A stretch of DNA of 38,928 bases from a virus (lineage: Duplodnaviria > Caudoviricetes). The notes beneath the pieces are model-generated. The model did not search any database. It worked only from the letters and a program-made list of their open reading frames with translations, and was not told the origin of the DNA. Numbering within the stretch: position 1 is the stretch's first letter; every line of letters starts with the position of its first letter. The position numbers were made by a program, and so were the translations under genes. Positions 34,073 through 38,928 of this stretch are shown here, piece after piece. The stretch lies in the IMG/VR virus record IMGVR_UViG_3300030097_000525, positions 1-38,928 of that record. One strand, given 5' to 3'.

Positions 34073-35089
34073 ATGGCAGACGCAACAACAACTAATTTAA
34101 GTTTAACTAAGCCTGAAAGTGGAGGTTCTAAAGGAACCTGGGGAACAAAGTTAAATGCGAACTTTGATACGCTTGATAATTCTGTCCTGCTCACAAATAC
34201 ACAGACCCTAACGAATAAGACTCTAACAGACTGTTTAGCAAACACACAGAGTGCGTCTGATAATTCAACCAAGTTAGCAACCACTGCATATGTTGATAGT
34301 CAGGTTGCAACAGTAGATACAATTAATGAATTAACTGACGTTACAATTACCTCTGCTACAGATAATGAAGTACTTGCATATGACAGTTCCTCAAGTGAGT
34401 TTATTAACCAGACTGCAACTGAAGCAGGACTAGCAACAGAGGTAGGACTTGCAGCAAGAGTATCAGCAGCTACCACAGCAGCGCAAGGGGTTGGGACAGG
34501 CAACTCACCAACTTTTGTTACAGTAACAGGAAATTTAACTGGCAATGTCACCGGGAATGTTACCGGAGATGTAACTGGAGATGTTACTGGAGATATAACT
34601 GGAGATATAACTGGTGATGTAACTGGGGATCTAACAGGTAATGCAGATACTGCAACTGCACTTGCAACAGGCAGGACAATTGGAATGACAGGTGATGTTG
34701 TTTGGACTTCAGCATCATTTACTGGAGCAGGGAATGTAACAGGCACTGCAGCAATTCAGGCAAATTCTGTAGCATTAGGTACAGACACTACTGGTAATTA
34801 TGTTGCTACTGTTACTGGAGGAACTGGACTGACTTCAACTGGAGCAACCACTGGAGAAAGTATAGCTCACTCACTTAGTGTAGATGCATCACAAACTCAA
34901 ATCACCTCAGTTGGAGCACTGAATGTGGGTTCAATCACCTCTGGATTTACAAGTATTGATGTTGGATCTGGAGCAATAACAACGACAGGGACAGCAACAG
35001 CAACTACTTTTGTTGGTGCTTTGACAGGTGTTGCTTCTGGTAACGATACTCTAGGAACTGGAGTGGCAATGGCAATCGCATTAGGATAA
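34073..35089 (+). CDS. Tail fibre stem protein
   Basis: Same anchor domain as 32982; TLTNKTL; (TG[ND][VIL])n repeats; C-terminal AMAIALG. Confidence 0.8.
   Translation: MADATTTNLSLTKPESGGSKGTWGTKLNANFDTLDNSVLLTNTQTLTNKTLTDCLANTQSASDNSTKLATTAYVDSQVATVDTINELTDVTITSATDNEVLAYDSSSSEFINQTATEAGLATEVGLAARVSAATTAAQGVGTGNSPTFVTVTGNLTGNVTGNVTGDVTGDVTGDITGDITGDVTGDLTGNADTATALATGRTIGMTGDVVWTSASFTGAGNVTGTAAIQANSVALGTDTTGNYVATVTGGTGLTSTGATTGESIAHSLSVDASQTQITSVGALNVGSITSGFTSIDVGSGAITTTGTATATTFVGALTGVASGNDTLGTGVAMAIALG
34526..34645 (+). repeat. Ten 12-nt coding repeats (TG-N/D-hydrophobic)
   Basis: Degenerate ACNGGN(G/A)AT... units. Confidence 0.9.
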
Positions 35090-35096
35090 GGAGAAT

Positions 35097-35465
35097 ATGG
35101 CAAACACATTTAAGAATATGACTTTCAGAGGAGGCAGTACTTCTGCTGATGCTCTTACTAATGTGGGAGACTTTGGTGGGATCAGTGATGCTGTAGCTGA
35201 AGACTCACAAATAACCCTGATTGGAATGACTATCTCAAATATTGTAAGTTCTGTAATTTCTGTGGGAGTTAAATTGATTAATGCATCAAATCAAACTTGG
35301 ATAGTCAAGGATGCCCCAATTCCCCCCGGAGGAAGTTTAATTGTCTGCGGAGGGGACGCTAAGATTTGTATGCAATTTGGTCCTTCAGTTGGAGATACAC
35401 TTTCGGTAATTTCAGATACCGCTAATTCAATGGATGTTGTAATAAGCTATTTGGAGATAACGTAA
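35097..35465 (+). CDS. ~120-aa beta-sandwich fibre-associated protein (putative hub 1)
   Basis: IVKDAPIP.GGSL..K..GD.L.V.SD...S.DV.ISYLEIT pattern. Confidence 0.65.
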   Translation: MANTFKNMTFRGGSTSADALTNVGDFGGISDAVAEDSQITLIGMTISNIVSSVISVGVKLINASNQTWIVKDAPIPPGGSLIVCGGDAKICMQFGPSVGDTLSVISDTANSMDVVISYLEIT

Positions 35466-36379
35466 TGGCATACCTTGGAAGAAAAGGACAAACTGCACCT
35501 TTAACCAGTGGTGATATACCAGACGGAATAATTGTAGCAGCAGATTTAGCACCAAACTCTGTGGATAGTGACCAGTATGTTGATGGTAGTATTGACAACG
35601 CACATCTAGCAGATGATGCAGTTGGAACTGATGAACTTGCAAATGATGTTGTAATCAACACCTCTGGATCAATTACTAGTACAAGTGCCACAGGGATTCT
35701 TAATACTGTTGGTGGAACTTCAGCACGTTTACTGTCATATCCAGGCAATGCTGGTTCAGTAGGTACTTCAACTAATCATAAATTTGTTGTGCAAACAAAT
35801 GCCACAGATAGAATGACCATTGACACCTCTGGTGATATTTCTATGGCAGGATCAATGAGTGTTGGAAGTCATCTTCATATAGCCACTTCCGCTTTTTCTG
35901 CTGCTAGGAGGTTGTCAAGTTCATCTTCTGATTCAACACCAATAACTTTGTATTGGGGTGACCTGACTGTAACTACATCTTCAGATGTACGATTAAAAGA
36001 TAACATTATTGATACAGAAATAAATGGCTTAGAAAAACTGAATCAGTTAGCTGTAAAAGATTTTACATGGAATGATCCAAGTGATAAAGGTTACAACAAC
36101 AGAAATGTACGAGGGAAATGGACTGGATTAATTGCCCAAGAAGTAATCGACATTTTACCATTTTGTGTGCATGCACCGAGAGATAAAGAAACATTAGAGA
36201 CATTGCCTGATGCAGTAGATGAAGAGGATGGAGAAACCATAATCCCTTGGAGAATGGAATTTGGTTATATGGTTCCTGTTTTAATCAAAGCAATCCAAGA
36301 ACTTTCTGCAAAAGTAACCGCACTAGAAACTGCAAACACAGCACTTGAGGCAAGAGTGTTAGCACTAGAATCGGCATGA
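35465..36379 (+). CDS. Fibre / receptor-binding protein with peptidase S74 intramolecular chaperone
   Basis: SDVRLKDNI, GLIAQEV and LIKAIQEL plus coiled coil. Confidence 0.85.
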   Translation: MAYLGRKGQTAPLTSGDIPDGIIVAADLAPNSVDSDQYVDGSIDNAHLADDAVGTDELANDVVINTSGSITSTSATGILNTVGGTSARLLSYPGNAGSVGTSTNHKFVVQTNATDRMTIDTSGDISMAGSMSVGSHLHIATSAFSAARRLSSSSSDSTPITLYWGDLTVTTSSDVRLKDNIIDTEINGLEKLNQLAVKDFTWNDPSDKGYNNRNVRGKWTGLIAQEVIDILPFCVHAPRDKETLETLPDAVDEEDGETIIPWRMEFGYMVPVLIKAIQELSAKVTALETANTALEARVLALESA

Positions 36380-36519
36380 CAATAGAAGAAGTTGAGAAGA
36401 TAATCCAAGACCTTCGGCAACAGATACCTAATATGCAAATGCAACTCCACCAAGCAGAAGGATACAAACAGGCACTTGTTGATTTAGAAAAGAGAGAACC
36501 AGAAGAGGATAACGAATGA
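36376..36519 (+). CDS. Small coiled-coil protein (not in track)
   Basis: 47 aa, MTIEEVEKIIQDLRQQ...; ATGA overlaps at both ends. Confidence 0.7.
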   Translation: MTIEEVEKIIQDLRQQIPNMQMQLHQAEGYKQALVDLEKREPEEDNE

Positions 36520-36935
36520 GTTATATCGGAGCAGAACCAGACGGAAAGGGATCTGCAGAGAGATTTATTTTCACTGCAACTGCAAGCACGACTGACACTG
36601 TCACACATGCAGATTCCGGATTAGCTATTAACTATGAGGCTAATCACGTCTCTGTTTTTCTCAACGGAGTGAAACAGGTTATTCCAACTGATGTAGTCGC
36701 ATCAAACGGTTCAACTTTAGTTTTTGCATCAAATTTGGCAGAGGACGATATTGTTGAGTGTATTGCGCTCTCGAGCTTTCAACCTTCAGACACAGTGAGT
36801 GCAAGTGCAGGGGGAACCTTTACTGGGACAGTTATAGCAAACGGTGGGTTGGAAACTTCCACAACAACTAAGATAAAGCAGAAGGGCAGTTTCTTACAAA
36901 GCTCTTTCCACCAAGCACTTACATTAGGATATTAG
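36516..36935 (+). CDS. Fibre linker protein
   Basis: MSYIG start; V.LNGVKQ..D..ASNG..LVF..DDIVE domain; C-terminal HQALTLGY. Confidence 0.7.
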   Translation: MSYIGAEPDGKGSAERFIFTATASTTDTVTHADSGLAINYEANHVSVFLNGVKQVIPTDVVASNGSTLVFASNLAEDDIVECIALSSFQPSDTVSASAGGTFTGTVIANGGLETSTTTKIKQKGSFLQSSFHQALTLGY

Positions 36936-36944
36936 GAGGTAATT

Positions 36945-37298
36945 ATGGCAATACCAAGTGGATCAGGAACAGAGGTTCTTAAACGAGCAAGTGTAAATGC
37001 AAATAGTGATGCATGGGCAACAGCAATTAATGGAGTTGCCAATCACATTTATACTATCATAAGTATTGTAGCTGGAAATAATAGTTTGACTAATGATGAA
37101 ACTATTGGATTGAGAGTTGCAATTGATGGATCAACAAACATTACTCTTATTCCAGCAACAGGGCAACCCTTAGTAGGGGGGGCAAGTTTCGTCTGGAATG
37201 ATCGGATAGTTCTAAGCGGAACAGATCATTTAGATGTTCATAATTCTGCTGGAGATGTTGATTGGCTAATTAGTTACATCGACCAAGACTGGACATAA
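36945..37298 (+). CDS. ~117-aa beta-sandwich protein (putative hub 2)
   Basis: Similar size and strand pattern to 35097; ends DVD.LISYIDQ. Confidence 0.6.
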   Translation: MAIPSGSGTEVLKRASVNANSDAWATAINGVANHIYTIISIVAGNNSLTNDETIGLRVAIDGSTNITLIPATGQPLVGGASFVWNDRIVLSGTDHLDVHNSAGDVDWLISYIDQDWT

Positions 37299-37307
37299 GG
37301 AGAAACC

Positions 37308-37811
37308 ATGAGTGGAATAATTAATTCGGCAGGATCTAGGTCAGGTATCATCGGAATACAAAGTAGCTCAACACAACCTGCTTTCATGGCAACAATTAAT
37401 GTTGTAACTAATATTGCTACTGACACGAATACATACATTACTGGCACTGAAGTATTTGACCAAAATTCAAATTTAACCATTGGTTCTACAGGAAGTTCTT
37501 TAAATTCAGATGGCATGGTATTTACTGCACCAGTTACAGGAAAATATCAATTTAATGCTTGGGTGGAGTTCGAAAATGCACCTTCTAATGCAAGCTACCT
37601 CACCACGGCTTTTATTACTACTGCAAGAAATTTTTATACTAAACAGGGCGCCCATGACATTACTGGTGGTAATCATAACATAGCATGTAGTGTTTTAACA
37701 GATATGGATGTAGGAGATCAAGCAACGCTGATGGTATATCAACCTAGTGGGACTGCTTCAACAGATATACTTGGGGGTCAAAGTGCATTCTCTGGATTTT
37801 TGATTGGATAA
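37308..37811 (+). CDS. C1q-like domain receptor-binding protein
   Basis: QPAF, VFDQN, FTAPVTGKYQF, DMD.GD and FSGFLIG match the gC1q signature. Confidence 0.75.
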   Translation: MSGIINSAGSRSGIIGIQSSSTQPAFMATINVVTNIATDTNTYITGTEVFDQNSNLTIGSTGSSLNSDGMVFTAPVTGKYQFNAWVEFENAPSNASYLTTAFITTARNFYTKQGAHDITGGNHNIACSVLTDMDVGDQATLMVYQPSGTASTDILGGQSAFSGFLIG

Positions 37812-37830
37812 CTTTTAATAGAGAAAATAA

Positions 37831-38112
37831 ATGGACATAAAAAAAAGAACACTTACATTAGTCGAAGAGGCAGTTTTAAAAAATAATCTTCTGGATATTC
37901 AGGGATGGGTTGATGGAGCATTAAATGGTAAAATCAACAACTGTAAAAAACGAATGTGTGAAGAATGGCGAAAAATTCTTTATGCAGATGAATCAGTTAC
38001 TCAAATTCCAAATGATGATGATGAATTAGTCACATTGATTATAGCAAGAGATGATTATAAAACTAGAGAAGAAAGAGACGCTGAACGAGAAGCAGAGATG
38101 AATCCTGAATAA
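37831..38112 (+). CDS. Small fibre-partner protein
   Basis: Follows the C1q-like gene; W...A..GK.NNC.KRM motif. Confidence 0.6.
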   Translation: MDIKKRTLTLVEEAVLKNNLLDIQGWVDGALNGKINNCKKRMCEEWRKILYADESVTQIPNDDDELVTLIIARDDYKTREERDAEREAEMNPE

Positions 38113-38121
38113 CACACAGAT

Positions 38122-38179
38122 CGCGACGTGGGCAACATTCCAAGCTGAACAAGAAGCACAAAGGAGTAACCAACAATGA
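38122..38179 (+). pseudogene. 3' remnant of a paralogue of gene 207-464
   Basis: Start-less fragment ATWATFQAEQEAQRSNQQ* resembles AAWTAFQEEQAEPE*. Confidence 0.5.
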
Positions 38180-38192
38180 AAATAAGGAATAA

Positions 38193-38354
38193 ATGTTTGA
38201 CATAGAGAATTTAGAATTTCCAACGTATGCCGAGTGGAAAGAATCAGTAGAGAAATTAATGAAGGAACAACCAGAAAAGTGTAAGAAATACCAAGAGCAG
38301 GTTCAGAAATTCTGGACAGACTTTTTTGCAGATAGTTTTAAATTTAAAAGTTAG
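38193..38354 (+). CDS. Small amphipathic helical protein (not in track)
   Basis: 53 aa, MFDIENLEFPTYAEWKES...; AAGGA RBS. Confidence 0.65.
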   Translation: MFDIENLEFPTYAEWKESVEKLMKEQPEKCKKYQEQVQKFWTDFFADSFKFKS

Positions 38355-38362
38355 GAGTAAGA

Positions 38363-38928
38363 GTGACAAGAGCAAGAGACAATGCAGACTTAGGTGATTC
38401 TTTTGGAGTTCTAGGTTCAGGAGTAACAGGAGGAACTGGACTAACTGCAATAGCTGGTGTAACCACAGGAAGTGGTAATGTTACTATAGCAAACGGCAAC
38501 CTAGTAATCGGTACATCGGGCAAGGGTATTGACTTTAGTGCTACAAGTGATGCAGGTGGAATGACCAGTGAACTTCTGGATGATTATGAAGAAGGGACTT
38601 GGACGGCTGTTTTACAGTTTGGAGGTGCTTCTGTCGGGATAGTTTATATATCAGACGGACAAACTGGCACTTACACAAAAATCGGTAATATAGTTATAGC
38701 AAAAGGTTTTATTGGGATAAGCAATAATGGCTCTTCAACTGGATCTGCAGATATTACAGGATTACCATTTACATCTTCATCTGCTACAAGAACAAACTCT
38801 GTTGTTAGTTTTTGGCCAGAGAATATTTCGTTTGCGGACTTTCCAACTGGCATTTTATCCACAGATCGAACATATATTAATTTACAACAGATTTCTAATG
38901 CTGGGAGTGTAAGTGCTTTAACAAATTT
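38363..38928 (+). CDS. Fibre / receptor-binding protein, 205 aa when joined to 1-151
   Basis: AGGAG RBS and GTG start (MTRARDNAD); GIDFSA, LDDYEEGTWT, G.YTKIG and GLPF motifs. Confidence 0.85.
   Translation, partial: MTRARDNADLGDSFGVLGSGVTGGTGLTAIAGVTTGSGNVTIANGNLVIGTSGKGIDFSATSDAGGMTSELLDDYEEGTWTAVLQFGGASVGIVYISDGQTGTYTKIGNIVIAKGFIGISNNGSSTGSADITGLPFTSSSATRTNSVVSFWPENISFADFPTGILSTDRTYINLQQISNAGSVSALTN
38830..38927. repeat. Terminal direct repeat, right copy
   Basis: Identical to 1-98. Confidence 0.95.

Noticed and set aside
35465-38928. Diversity-generating retroelement or shufflon acting on the fibre tips
   Set aside because: No reverse transcriptase, no TR/VR pair differing at adenines, and no inverted cassettes or crossover repeats were seen.

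Overview
This window is an apparently complete ~38.8 kb circular (or circularly permuted) tailed-phage genome with podovirus-type architecture. Bases 1-98 are repeated at 38830-38927, and one fibre gene reads across the junction. Modules: lysis (small membrane proteins, a lipoprotein, an M15 peptidase); a tail nozzle, two GNAT-like proteins and four ejection proteins; an attP-like region with a tyrosine integrase on the minus strand; a divergent control region with a near-consensus sigma70 promoter; RecE/RecT; a replication initiator with internal iterons; VRR-NUC; TerS, TerL, portal, a large EEIQSDW-domain protein, scaffold, major capsid and adaptor; and a long modular fibre/receptor-binding cluster. 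I found no DNA polymerase, helicase, methyltransferase, tRNA or CI-type repressor. Four things stand out. (1) A candidate pseudoknotted ncRNA at 17422-17596. (2) A structured early leader whose loops are antisense to flanking ribosome-binding sites, resembling P4 CI / P1 C4 RNA immunity. (3) A TGTAAGGGGT box shared by the att region, the divergent promoter and a second att-like site 8 kb away. (4) A fibre cluster whose terminal motifs suggest a two-tier branched hub-and-peptide assembly. All calls come from reading the sequence by eye; no database search or folding program was run.
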